Positions 13,836-24,605 of a DNA stretch of 64,000 nucleotides are shown piece by piece; position 1 is the first letter of the stretch, and every line of letters begins with the position of its first letter. The notes beneath the pieces were generated by a model. It did not search any database. It saw only the letters and a program-made list of their open reading frames with translations, and was not told where the DNA came from. Made by a program: the position numbers and the translations under genes. The stretch comes from Octopus vulgaris (Eukaryota), in NCBI GenBank assembly GCA_951406725.2, contig OX597816.1, forward strand, positions 64,480,001 to 64,544,000. Direction: 5' to 3'.

Positions 13836-15789
13836 GTACATTATCTCATATTAACCAAAAATATGTGTATGTGCACGCGTGCAGAGGAAATACTCTTGTG
13901 ACCTCAATCATCGGCCCCATCTTGCTAATAAACTAAGTAAAGGCACGAGAGAAAGAAAGAGAATTCAAAATGCATCAGAACAACGAGCAAATGGTGTAAG
14001 AGTTAAAGCTAATATTCAACAAAGCTGCAAGGAAGGAACTGATAATAAATCAACGTTTCACGTAGGGATATCCTTTGTCATGAACAAAGGAAAGAGAAAA
14101 CAAAATGATTTTAAGTAATGTATGTGTGTGTGTGTCTGTGTGTCTGTATGTAAGTCTGTCTGTGTATAAAAGCGATGCACATTTAAGTGAAATCAGGAAG
14201 GTGAATGGCAGAATGGAAGATAGCAGGGCGGAAATGAGCCAAATATTGTTTTTCAGGTCTAATGTGAGGGATGAGGGCGATAAACAAAACAAGGTGCAAG
14301 GGAGCGCGTGAGCATGCTGCGTATGTGTGTAGGGAAATGCGTGTTGGCTTGTTGGGAGGGTGAATGACTGTGTGTCGTACAATAAGAATCTGGATGTAGA
14401 GTGTTGCCATATGAGTAATATGAACAGAAACCATAATAGTGTGTGGTTATTCATGCGTTGTACAGGGGTAGTAGAAGTGTTAGTCGGTAGGGGAATGCAT
14501 ATCAGCAAAATGTGAACGGGTTTATGTTTTCTTGGTAAGATGGGAGAGAGGCCCATGCATTGTTTTTAGAGGAAGTCAACTCGGTTATTAATCCCAGCTG
14601 GATTAACAGTATTTAAATAGAAAAAAATAATTGTTGTTCACAATGGAAGCAGGAGATAAGTTTGTGCTCGCGTGTGTGTGTATGTGTTTCAGTGCGTGTG
14701 TATGTATGTATGTACGTGTATGTGTTTATGTGTGATAGTGAATATAGAAAATATAGCTGAATACAGTATCAATCGACTACGTTTAATAATTGCCGCTTGC
14801 ATCTTTATTTGTTAATGTGATTGACTATTTCCGTGTAAATATTATTGTGTCTACAGAGAAGTTATTATTCAAGGATATTAAATATTATTCATAATTTCAC
14901 ATAATGCAGCACTGTAGACGCAATGAATTGTAATGTATATATGCAAAAATGGCGGGCGTGTGTGTATGCATGTATGCATGCATATGTTAAGCACAAGAAT
15001 ACAGAAAGGAAAAGGGGAAAATTGGAGAGAAATAAAGATAGAAATTGTATATCTGTAAATCAGGGTAGTTTTCAAATTTAACTAAGTTGGCTTAAATACA
15101 AGATAGGTATACCCATTAATGAAATTCTTTTCTGTCGTTTCTATATACACAAGATATTAGAAGATTAAGACTTGTAATCTAATTTCTTTACTCCCAAGTG
15201 TCTTTGATTAAACATACTTCAATATCAACTTTCAAAATGCGATTGAAATAGATGTTAGGTTTCAAAAAGCGATATAACTATCATATGGTTTCTTTCGCGA
15301 ATTGAAATATACTGTTTTATATTTTTATTATTAATAGTTATCGCCAAGCTAACATGGCGGTCCAGAAAAATAGGACGAAGGCTGCCATATTAGCTTGACG
15401 ATGACCATTAATATCCAGTACCGCTGCCGTAGTCTCCTTAGAATTAGAAATAATGATATTTCTATTTTAGTTTTATTATTTTCCTGGTTTAATTTATTGG
15501 ACTGCGATAAAAGTCAATCACATTGATCTTTGTATTTATTTCAGTACAACTTATATTTTGACATCGAGCGATAAATAAGGACACACATCTTTAAGTCAGT
15601 ATGCAGAAATACGGACATTGAGACACATGCCCGTGCACAGACGTGCATAAACATACACATACATAGGCAAGAAACGTCGAAGGCTTCTAGTTTTCTTAAG
15701 TATCAACCTTTGTTCTTTTAACTCATCTTCGTTGATTTTTTATCGTTTTTCCTTGTCCCAAATAACTATATCCTAGATCGGATATAGTT

Positions 15790-16680
15790 TCTTGGGACCA
15801 ACGAAAATAGGATGTACCAACACAGAGGACAGATGTCCTGCTAATGTGAATATCTCTACGAAAATCAAAGAGGAAAAGTATCACTACGGACAACTGCTTT
15901 CAGTCATTCACCTTCTGTACCCAGATTATAAATTCACATGTATACCAATAATACCTGGCGTCCTCGTTTTTGTTGCAAAGTCCTTTCGTGACAATCAGGA
16001 AATTAAGTACATCGGAAATTAAGTACATCAGATCTGATATAAGGATTTGGGATGGAGAAGAGAAGCTGCGCACAGTTGTGGAAATTAGCTACTCAGCGGA
16101 TGTTAACATAAAATGAGTGAAAAGAGAACACCTATGCTGAACTATTAAGAAATCTGCAGGTACTCTATCCAGATTACAAGTTCAGGTTTATAACTGTGAA
16201 TATTGGGGCCCTGGGATATGTAACACACTGGCTAAATACCAATCTTGAGAAATTAGGCTTCACAAAACCAGAAAAGAGAAAGCTATTTCGAAGGCTACAT
16301 AACCAGTCCATCACTGGAACTGTAAAAGTTTGTAAAACTTTCCAGAAGTTTATCATTTAAATATATAAGAGCATGTCTAGATATGTAACTATATGCATGA
16401 GAATACATACATTAAACATACATACATAAATACAATATATACCCTGCTGCTGATGTTGAAATTCCAATAAGGAACCTTGGATCTAGGTTACAAACCGATT
16501 CTTTCTCTATTGGCAAGAATAATAACGTACATACATAAAATTATGCATAAATAAATACATGCATACATATATGGAAATTCATGATGTTGTAATTCCAATA
16601 AAAGAACCTTGGGTCTTAATTAGAAACCAAATCTTTCTCTATTAGCAAGAAATATTGAAATAAATTGCATGATGACGTAC
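15790..16680 (+). mobile_element. RLE-LINE 3' end (restriction-like endonuclease C-terminus, partly duplicated) with 3' UTR running into (CATA)n
   Basis: DIRIWDGEEKLRTVVEISYSADVN..LLRNLQVLYPDYKFRFITVNIGALGYVT..GTVKVCKTFQKFII* ends at 16360. An upstream copy reads CPANVNISTKIKE..YGQLL..LLYPDYKF. The UTR module is repeated twice. Confidence 0.75.
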
Positions 16681-17068
16681 ATATATACATAAATACATAC
16701 ATACATACGTACATACAGGCATAAATACATACATACATACGTACGTACATACATACATACATACATACATACAAACATGCATACATACATACATACATAC
16801 ATACATACAAACATACATACATACATGCATACATACATACATACATACATACATACATCGATACATACATACATTCAAGGTGCCGATGAACGTGTTCGAA
16901 TCCTGATTATGCCCTTCTAAATTCATCCTTTCGAACTCTCCATTAACGTAAATATTACAGTCATATTCACTGAAGAACACTGGAAGTCGGAGTCGGTAAA
17001 CGCCGGATATAGACAGATATAGATAGACAGACATGCAGGCAGGCAGGCAAACAGGCATACAGACAGAC

Positions 17069-17115
<47 letters not shown>

Positions 17116-17135
17116 GACATACATACATACATAGG

Positions 17136-17183
<48 letters not shown>

Positions 17184-17415
17184 AAGATAGATAGATAGAT
17201 AGATAGATACATAGGTAGGTAGGTCGGTAGGTAGGAACGTACGAACTTAAGTAGATAGAGACAGACATAGATATCAATATATATGTATATATACATTCAT
17301 CTCTGTATATATAAACATGCATCCATATATGTGTATGTGTGGGTTTGTGTGTGTGTCCACACACACACATATATATATATATATATACATATTCAGGTAT
17401 ATGCATCCACATTCA

Positions 17416-17477
<62 letters not shown>

Positions 17478-18199
17478 CATACACGCATATTCATACTTAC
17501 AAATATTTATTCATTTTTTATTATGTGTGTGTGTGTGTTTGTGCCTCTGTGTGTGTATCTATGCATGTATGTATGTATGTGTGTATGTATACGTATCTAT
17601 GTATGTACATGTACACTCCTTTCAGAATACGTTTTCAAGATTTTCTTCGACTAAGGAATGGTTCGCCAATGCCTTGATCTGCCAATCATAAATATTCTTG
17701 AATGATGTCAGAAGGCAAATAAGTAAGAAATATTTGGGTTATTTTGGTGCACTCGAAATTAGACAGTTACATCCTGTTTTTTTTTCTCTCTCTCTCTTTA
17801 TGGAAAACGAAAAATGAAGCGATAGTTATTGATGAAAAAATTATTACTCTCATGTCAAGAATAAAAGATGAAAACACCTATCAAATAAAACCGATTTGGA
17901 AAAGATGCCACAATATATGTTCTCTTCTGTAAACATAAAGTAAATGGATTAGATGTCATATGGATTCCAATAGAAGTTCCAAATAATGAACTCTGACTCG
18001 TGATTCATGTTAACTTACAAGGGAAAAACAACTCTTAGTAATATATATTTTAGAGGGAGGTAGGTCTGCGATGAATTTCATTATTTCTTTGACGTCTGGA
18101 CATATTCTGACATTGCTATATTTCTTTAATAAATGTACTCACGATATATTCTAGTTGTTCACTTATTCAATTGAGGCACATTTATACTAATGTATTGGT

Positions 18200-18505
18200 T
18201 TAGTAATATTTTTGTAACAAGTTTTCTAAGTATATTTCCCCCATCGTACCAGGTCCCTATTCTGATATTCTGCACTTATATATTAAAGAGAACTTAATGT
18301 TGTTATGTAACACACTTTCTTATTAACAGCATTACATTGACGTCTTTATATTAATTCAAGGTTAACATCCGAAATGCAATATTGAAGAAATTAAGCAAGC
18401 AAAACGATGTAAATAATCCTATATGACTTTTAGCATATGAAAAACATAAGAATAAAAAAGAGTTTTTGTCGTTGATGACGCCTTAAATTTCCTCCAGTCA
18501 TACAG
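18200..18505 (-). pseudogene. Possible highly decayed PLE GIY-YIG fragment
   Basis: Minus strand atgactggaggaaatttaaggcg resembles GLTEGNFKAR; the remainder is weak. Confidence 0.3.
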
Positions 18506-18643
18506 AATTTTTTCTCTGCTCAGTTAAGGACTGTTGCCCTCGCCCGTCCTCTCTCACTCCAACTATTCCCTCCGTCCTCTCTCTCCTACTCACTCATATT
18601 TTTCTGTTATATCCTTTTTACTGTCACTCTTTTCATGTATGTA

Positions 18644-18709
<66 letters not shown>

Positions 18710-18725
18710 ATGTTACATTACTCGG

Positions 18726-18799
18726 TAGTCAAGATAAAACTCTGAGTTTCAGATGCCGAAGTGGAAATCCACAACACCATCTCTTCGGTTATCTGGCTA
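18726..18799 (-). ncRNA. Mirror copy of the PLE variant hammerhead
   Basis: Reverse complement of 22246-22319. Confidence 0.6.
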
Positions 18800-18988
18800 T
18801 TTGAAAACGTTATGAAAAAATAGCGTTAAAAATGAAGGGAAATTACTCTGTTATAACTCTGCTTTGCCTGCGTACTTATACATCGCTCGCATTTTTCGTC
18901 ATAAAAATTATATAAAAATACATAAAAATATATAAAAATATATAAAAATATATAAAATCTTCTTGGGACATAACACAGAAAGCATGTT

Positions 18989-20941
18989 CTATAAGTTTTC
19001 TTTAGGGGACCAAAAACGTAACAGAAATTTAGTCACATGTGGGCATGATCCGAAAAGCTCTGTCCTTGTATTTAGACATGTGGTAGGGTCTAAGCTGCTT
19101 TTCCAGATAAGCCATCTCTCCATGTCGCATAAACCGCACCTTCCGCTGCCGTTAGTGTAGGGCTTACATCTGGCCAAAATCTTCCATTGTATGTTATAAT
19201 CGACACCTTTATCTCTTAAAGACCAAATATGATTGGATAATTGTGTCGCTTTTCTTTTGTTCCAGTGCCTAAAGCTCAAAGTGTGGTTATTGAACCTGGC
19301 CTTGAAATTACCCTCTGTCAGGCCCACGTATTTCTTCGTCGAAACGGTGTCTTTAGTGGTTATAGAGTTTACGGTAGCTTCATATATGATGGTCTTGGAC
19401 ATGCAAGCTCCATTTAGCGGGCACAATTCTTTATTCCTGCATGAACAGCTGTTTTCTTCTTGTGTTTTTTGTATGTTATGATTGATTATGTTTTTAAAAT
19501 TGGTAGTTGAACTAAAACTAATTTTTAAATTGTGTCTATTGAAGAGTTTCCTATAAGCATGGTTAACTGGAAAATGTCTATCTATCAGTGCTAGGAAATA
19601 TTTACCTATATTGAAGGCCACCTCGGGTGAGTAAGGGGGCGTAAACCAGATGACCTTCCTATTTCTATTATTCCTTTTCCTTACTGTTGGGCTGGTGATA
19701 GGTGTATATTTTATTTTTTCGCTAAAACCACTATCTTTTAAAGCTTTATTATAAACTGGGGCAACGCTATTGAAGATGTCCTCATTAGATGAGAGGCTAG
19801 AAATCCTCTTACTAATATTTTTAACTAAATTTTTGAATACTATAGGGGGATGGCATGAACCTACATTAATATAACTTAGTCTATCATTGGGCTTCCTATA
19901 AGGCTTATAAATATTATTATTAAGATCTAAGGAAACGTCTAAGAAATTGACAACCGTCAGGTTAGTGTCTATAGTTATACTAAGTCCGAAGTGTTTCATT
20001 AACTGGATAATATCCTTCCTAAAACGATCTTGTGCTGGTCCATTTGTATTAGCTGTTAAGGCGAGGGCATCATCTTTGTAGATGGTGAAATGTACGTTAG
20101 GGAATGTCTTACCGAAGGTATCTAGGAGAAAGCGTCCAATTAGATCAGAGATGCCTGCCCCATCATATGAACCCATGCTCACATCGAAAGCGCCCTCCGT
20201 GTCGGTGTTTTTTACCCACTTTGCATTCTCACTGAAAAGTAATGTCTTTCTAGCATGGAAGATTATATCCTTATCATTGGTACTAATTTCTATGAAGTCA
20301 CTAGCGAAGATTAGGGCTTTATCTAGCAGTTCTTTAGAGATAGAGGCATAAAAATCAACAATGTCGAATTGTGTAAACCTCGCTTTTTTCTTATTCTTAA
20401 TAGCTTTAAACCAGTCTACGACTTCTATACTATTGGACCATTGCACTAGCCTAGTATCGGTCTTAATTTTCGTATTTATTTTATCTAAAATTTCTTTGCT
20501 AATAATCCCTAGTTCTGACTTGGCTGGGTTGATAAGCCTACATTTAGGGTTGGAAAGGAAGTTTTCTTTGTGATCTTTAATAGTAATAAAGGCCTCTTTT
20601 TGGGGGAGGGTTTCTATTTTTTTATCTAATTTAAGTTTAGCGGCGATGACGCTAGCTTCTTTATTAATTTCGTTATATGTCTGTGCCCTAGCCTTAGTAT
20701 AATTATTAGTAATGCTGTTGTGTAAGAGTTGTGTGTATTTGCTGTTATCTACCAGGTATAAGTTCTTGGTTTTATCCGAAAAGAGTGCTTTTTTCTTGGA
20801 GCTTTTTATATGATCAATATCTTTTTTCAATTTATGTTGGAAATTGTTAAAAGACTTACGAAACTTTATTTTGCTCATGATCTTCAGTAGGTCCGCTTCG
20901 AAATCTAGGACTCTTTCTCCTAGATACCTTCGGTAAGACAT
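18989..20941 (-). CDS. PLE polyprotein, reverse transcriptase plus C-terminal GIY-YIG endonuclease (N-terminally truncated)
   Basis: 650-aa open frame. RT motifs: KDHKENF..PKCRLINPAKSELG, FDIVDFYASI, SMGSYDGA, YKDD, VNFLDVSLDL, YRKPND. Cys linker CSCR..CPLNGAC. GIY-YIG: IIYEATV..YVGLTEGNFKARFNNH, CGLCDME, LNTRTEL. The first ~10 codons derive from the inversion junction. Confidence 0.93.
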   Translation of the reverse strand: MSYRRYLGERVLDFEADLLKIMSKIKFRKSFNNFQHKLKKDIDHIKSSKKKALFSDKTKNLYLVDNSKYTQLLHNSITNNYTKARAQTYNEINKEASVIAAKLKLDKKIETLPQKEAFITIKDHKENFLSNPKCRLINPAKSELGIISKEILDKINTKIKTDTRLVQWSNSIEVVDWFKAIKNKKKARFTQFDIVDFYASISKELLDKALIFASDFIEISTNDKDIIFHARKTLLFSENAKWVKNTDTEGAFDVSMGSYDGAGISDLIGRFLLDTFGKTFPNVHFTIYKDDALALTANTNGPAQDRFRKDIIQLMKHFGLSITIDTNLTVVNFLDVSLDLNNNIYKPYRKPNDRLSYINVGSCHPPIVFKNLVKNISKRISSLSSNEDIFNSVAPVYNKALKDSGFSEKIKYTPITSPTVRKRNNRNRKVIWFTPPYSPEVAFNIGKYFLALIDRHFPVNHAYRKLFNRHNLKISFSSTTNFKNIINHNIQKTQEENSCSCRNKELCPLNGACMSKTIIYEATVNSITTKDTVSTKKYVGLTEGNFKARFNNHTLSFRHWNKRKATQLSNHIWSLRDKGVDYNIQWKILARCKPYTNGSGRCGLCDMERWLIWKSSLDPTTCLNTRTELFGSCPHVTKFLLRFWSPKENL

Positions 20942-21045
20942 TCCCTAACGTACATTTCGCCATCTACAAAGATGATGCCCTCGCCTTAACAGCTAATACA
21001 AATGGACCAGCACAAGATCGTTTTAGGAAGGATATTATCCAGTTA

Positions 21046-22056
21046 ATGAAACACTTCGGACTTAGTATAACTATAGACACTAACCTGACGGTTGTCAATT
21101 TCTTAGACGTTTCCTTAGATCTTAATAATAATATTTATAAGCCTTATAGGAAGCCCAATGATAGACTAAGTTATATTAATGTAGGTTCATGCCATCCCCC
21201 TATAGTATTCAAAAATTTAGTTAAAAATATTAGTAAGAGGATTTCTAGCCTCTCATCTAATGAGGACATCTTCAATAGCGTTGCCCCAGTTTATAATAAA
21301 GCTTTAAAAGATAGTGGTTTTAGCGAAAAAATAAAATATACACCTATCACCAGCCCAACAGTAAGGAAAAGGAATAATAGAAATAGGAAGGTCATCTGGT
21401 TTACGCCCCCTTACTCACCCGAGGTGGCCTTCAATATAGGTAAATATTTCCTAGCACTGATAGATAGACATTTTCCAGTTAACCATGCTTATAGGAAACT
21501 CTTCAATAGACACAATTTAAAAATTAGTTTTAGTTCAACTACCAATTTTAAAAACATAATCAATCATAACATACAAAAAACACAAGAAGAAAACAGCTGC
21601 TCATGCAGGAATAAAGAATTGTGCCCGCTAAATGGAGCTTGCATGTCCAAGACCATCATATATGAAGCTACCGTAAACTCTATAACCACTAAAGACACCG
21701 TTTCGACGAAGAAATACGTGGGCCTGACAGAGGGTAATTTCAAGGCCAGGTTCAATAACCACACTTTGAGCTTTAGGCACTGGAACAAAAGAAAAGCGAC
21801 ACAATTATCCAATCATATTTGGTCTTTAAGAGATAAAGGTGTCGATTATAACATACAATGGAAGATTTTGGCCAGATGTAAGCCCTACACTAACGGCAGC
21901 GGAAGGTGCGGTTTATGCGACATGGAGAGATGGCTTATCTGGAAAAGCAGCTTAGACCCTACCACATGTCTAAATACAAGGACAGAGCTTTTCGGATCAT
22001 GCCCACATGAGACTAAATTTCTGTTACGTTTTTGGTCCCCTAAAGAAAACTTATAG
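21046..22056 (+). CDS. PLE C-terminal part (RT thumb + GIY-YIG), inverted second copy
   Basis: 336 aa identical to the C-terminus of the 650-aa ORF except V/E near the end. Homology extends upstream to ~20913 and includes YKDD. Confidence 0.9.
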   Translation: MKHFGLSITIDTNLTVVNFLDVSLDLNNNIYKPYRKPNDRLSYINVGSCHPPIVFKNLVKNISKRISSLSSNEDIFNSVAPVYNKALKDSGFSEKIKYTPITSPTVRKRNNRNRKVIWFTPPYSPEVAFNIGKYFLALIDRHFPVNHAYRKLFNRHNLKISFSSTTNFKNIINHNIQKTQEENSCSCRNKELCPLNGACMSKTIIYEATVNSITTKDTVSTKKYVGLTEGNFKARFNNHTLSFRHWNKRKATQLSNHIWSLRDKGVDYNIQWKILARCKPYTNGSGRCGLCDMERWLIWKSSLDPTTCLNTRTELFGSCPHETKFLLRFWSPKENL

Positions 22057-22245
22057 AACATGCTTTCTGTGTTATGTCCCAAGAAGATTTTATATATTTT
22101 TATATATTTTTATATATTTTTATGTATTTTTATATAATTTTTATGACGAAAAATGCGAGCGATGTATAAGTACGGAGGCAAAGCAGAGTTATAACAGAGT
22201 AATTTCCCTTCATTTTTAACGGTATTTTTTCATAACGTTTTCAAA

Positions 22246-22319
22246 TAGCCAGATAACCGAAGAGATGGTGTTGTGGATTTCCACTTCGGCATCTGAAACT
22301 CAGAGTTTTATCTTGACTA
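22246..22319 (+). ncRNA. Type I hammerhead-like motif (variant core CCGAAGA) in PLE pseudo-LTR
   Basis: Stem I tagccagataa/ttatcttgacta; CCGAAGA 22257-22263; stem II GATG..CATC; GAAA 22295-22298; palindromic stem III ACTC-A-GAGT; GUU triplet. Confidence 0.6.
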
Positions 22320-22409
22320 CCGAGTAATGTAACATATTGTATAGATAAATTTCCTCTATTTACATAATATTGAGGTCTCTTTCTTTCTTTTGTTATCTTA
22401 CCGTTTTAT

Positions 22410-22452
<43 letters not shown>

Positions 22453-22454
<2 letters not shown>

Positions 22455-22646
22455 GGTCCCGGGTTGATTCGGGGTCAACCACAGTAAATAAGGTACTCAA
22501 TACATAGCAGAGTAAAATTAATTTATTATATAGAAGGAGCTTCTACAGGACTAGAACTGTTTCATTCAAGAGAAATCATCAGGAAGCTTCCAGATGATTT
22601 CTCTTGAATGAAACAGTTCTAGTCCTGTAGAAGCTCCTTCTATATA

Positions 22647-22652
<6 letters not shown>
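22453..22652. mobile_element. ORF-less palindromic HHR mini-element in (TA)n
   Basis: 132-bp palindrome at 22521-22652, centred on ggaagcttcc, with one mismatch (22581/22592). A 68-nt one-sided tail at 22453-22520. (TA)n flanks. Confidence 0.8.
22536..22591 (-). ncRNA. Minimal type I hammerhead motif
   Basis: Minus strand reads ggaagcttc CTGATGA tttc-tctt-gaat GAAA cag-ttctagtc-ctg TA gaagctcc. Stem I agcttc/gaagct, GUA triplet, weak stem II closed by U-U. The plus-strand mirror has CAGATGA. Confidence 0.6.
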
Positions 22653-22682
<30 letters not shown>

Positions 22683-22717
22683 GGGGGGGGTATGCGTGTG
22701 TGAATGTGTCTGTGTCT

Positions 22718-22759
<42 letters not shown>

Positions 22760-24194
22760 ATAAATCTCTGACTACATGGTAGAGTAAAATAACGTACAAG
22801 GCATTGGTTGCAGAACTGACGAATTGTAAAACAAGGAAGCATTTCGTAAAATTAGTTCTATTTCTTCAACCACATAAACCTATCAACAAAGCTATGATAT
22901 ATGAACAATCAATGATGCTCGACGAAGACTGATTTGTCGATGGAATATATGATATTCTTAGCAAATTAACGAGAATATTTGCAGGTTTAGAACCTCAGTT
23001 GATTTCAGTACAATTTAACAGTTTACCGCGCATGATTCAAAATACAAATTTCATTGCATTAGCCATTTCCAGTTTTACCATGGCAAAATACACGATGTAT
23101 ATCAGCGGAATGCCTTACAATCCCACGCCGAATACAGCTTCAAAGGAGGATTACTTCCTTGCTCTAGTCAAGAAATAAATTATATTAGATATTTATGTGC
23201 ATGGTGTCAAACTAACGTGATAAATGTCGATTCAGAGTAATATTGATTTCTTTTGACTGTGTAAAAAGCTACGTTTTATAAAGGGCATTGTATCGCCGAT
23301 TGAATCGACTACAATAGATTGCTAACACTTACTTTATCGACTTCGAAGGGATGAAAGGAAAAAGCTCCAACCTGGCATTCTTTGAACATAATACACGCAG
23401 CAAGGAAAGTAAATACTGTAAGACATTTAGTTGTACATTCTGCTGATTCTGCCAATTTACTGCCTTTCATTTTGAATATAATATTGATTTCTGACCTGGC
23501 CAAAAGGTTAACATGTTTACAGGGGTCCGATTGTAGATCTTTATCCATTTTCATTTTACGTTTGTTACCAATGTCCTTTCCGAATATCATCGATTGTAAA
23601 ATTGAAATTTTTTGTATCACTCCGTCGGCTTACTAAGAACTAATCTCTTGATCTCCAGCGCTCGTCATATACTTATTTATCGTGCTGTCTATAAAAGAAT
23701 ACATTCTATATGCATTTCTTTGTTGTTCTCGTATCTTGCTGAAATCCTATTTGACATTCATTTACCCTTAATCTATAGAATAACACAGTTTCTCTATAAA
23801 AATGTTTCAAGCGAAGCCAAAACTAATGCTAAAAGTGCATAGTATTAGCTAAAACTTACGGTGATATTTTATGACTAAAGATTAACTATTAGAATATTTA
23901 ACTATTGTTAATAAACCTAACATGGCGAAAAGTTTTAACAGTTTTCTTGCGCTTGCTGTTGTCGACTCTCCATAATTTAGTTCTCATTCAAATAGTCTAA
24001 AGGTCGTTCCAGCTGTGACTATACCATATTTCGTACTTTACACACACGTCAGTGTTTCCAGGACACACCCTAATGTTTCCACCTTTTCGGTTGGTAGATT
24101 ATTGTTTGAGGGAGATGCGGTTACAACTTCTAGCATTTCTAACATTTCTTTCCTACAGCTTTGAGTTTTCAATACAGAAACTATTGGTAGGCCT

Positions 24195-24605
24195 ATGCCC
24201 AAGCATGGTTGTGTCGTTAAATATTTTACCTTACAAACTCGTGGATTCGAGTTCAATTCGACATGACGGTACCTTGGGCAAATATCCACGAATATAGAGC
24301 CGCGCCGAGTGAATTTATCATATGTGAGTATGTGTGTTTGTAAGCATGCATGCGTGTGTGTGTGTGTTCTTCGTGTATTTCTGTTTGTTACTTAATCCAG
24401 CACATCAACCTTTATTGGTTTGTTTATGTCTACTAAATCATCGGCTTGGGAAAAAGAGACTGATTAAAAACATACCAGAAATTTTTCTTAAAGGAAAAAA
24501 TATATGAACCGCATGGCTGGATTTGATCGATTATACCCTTCGAAGTGGAGCCCCAGCATGGCCACTGTCCTACGACTGGTAGAAGTAAAAGAATAAAAGA
24601 AGGTA
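24195..24605 (+). mobile_element. SINE family A, diverged
   Basis: gagttcaattc..ggtaccttgggcaaatatc..ccagcatggccactgtc..aagtaaaagaataaaaga. Confidence 0.6.

Larger units (their letters stand above)
18702..22412. mobile_element. Penelope-like retroelement (PLE) insertion: two 5'-truncated copies head-to-head, in (TA)n
   Basis: 18702-20132 is the reverse complement of 20913-22343 (symmetric coordinates sum to 41045; ORF stops at 18989 and 22056 mirror each other). Unique spacer ~20138-20907. An extra tail at 22344-22412 is on the right arm only. (TA)n on both sides. Confidence 0.95.
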
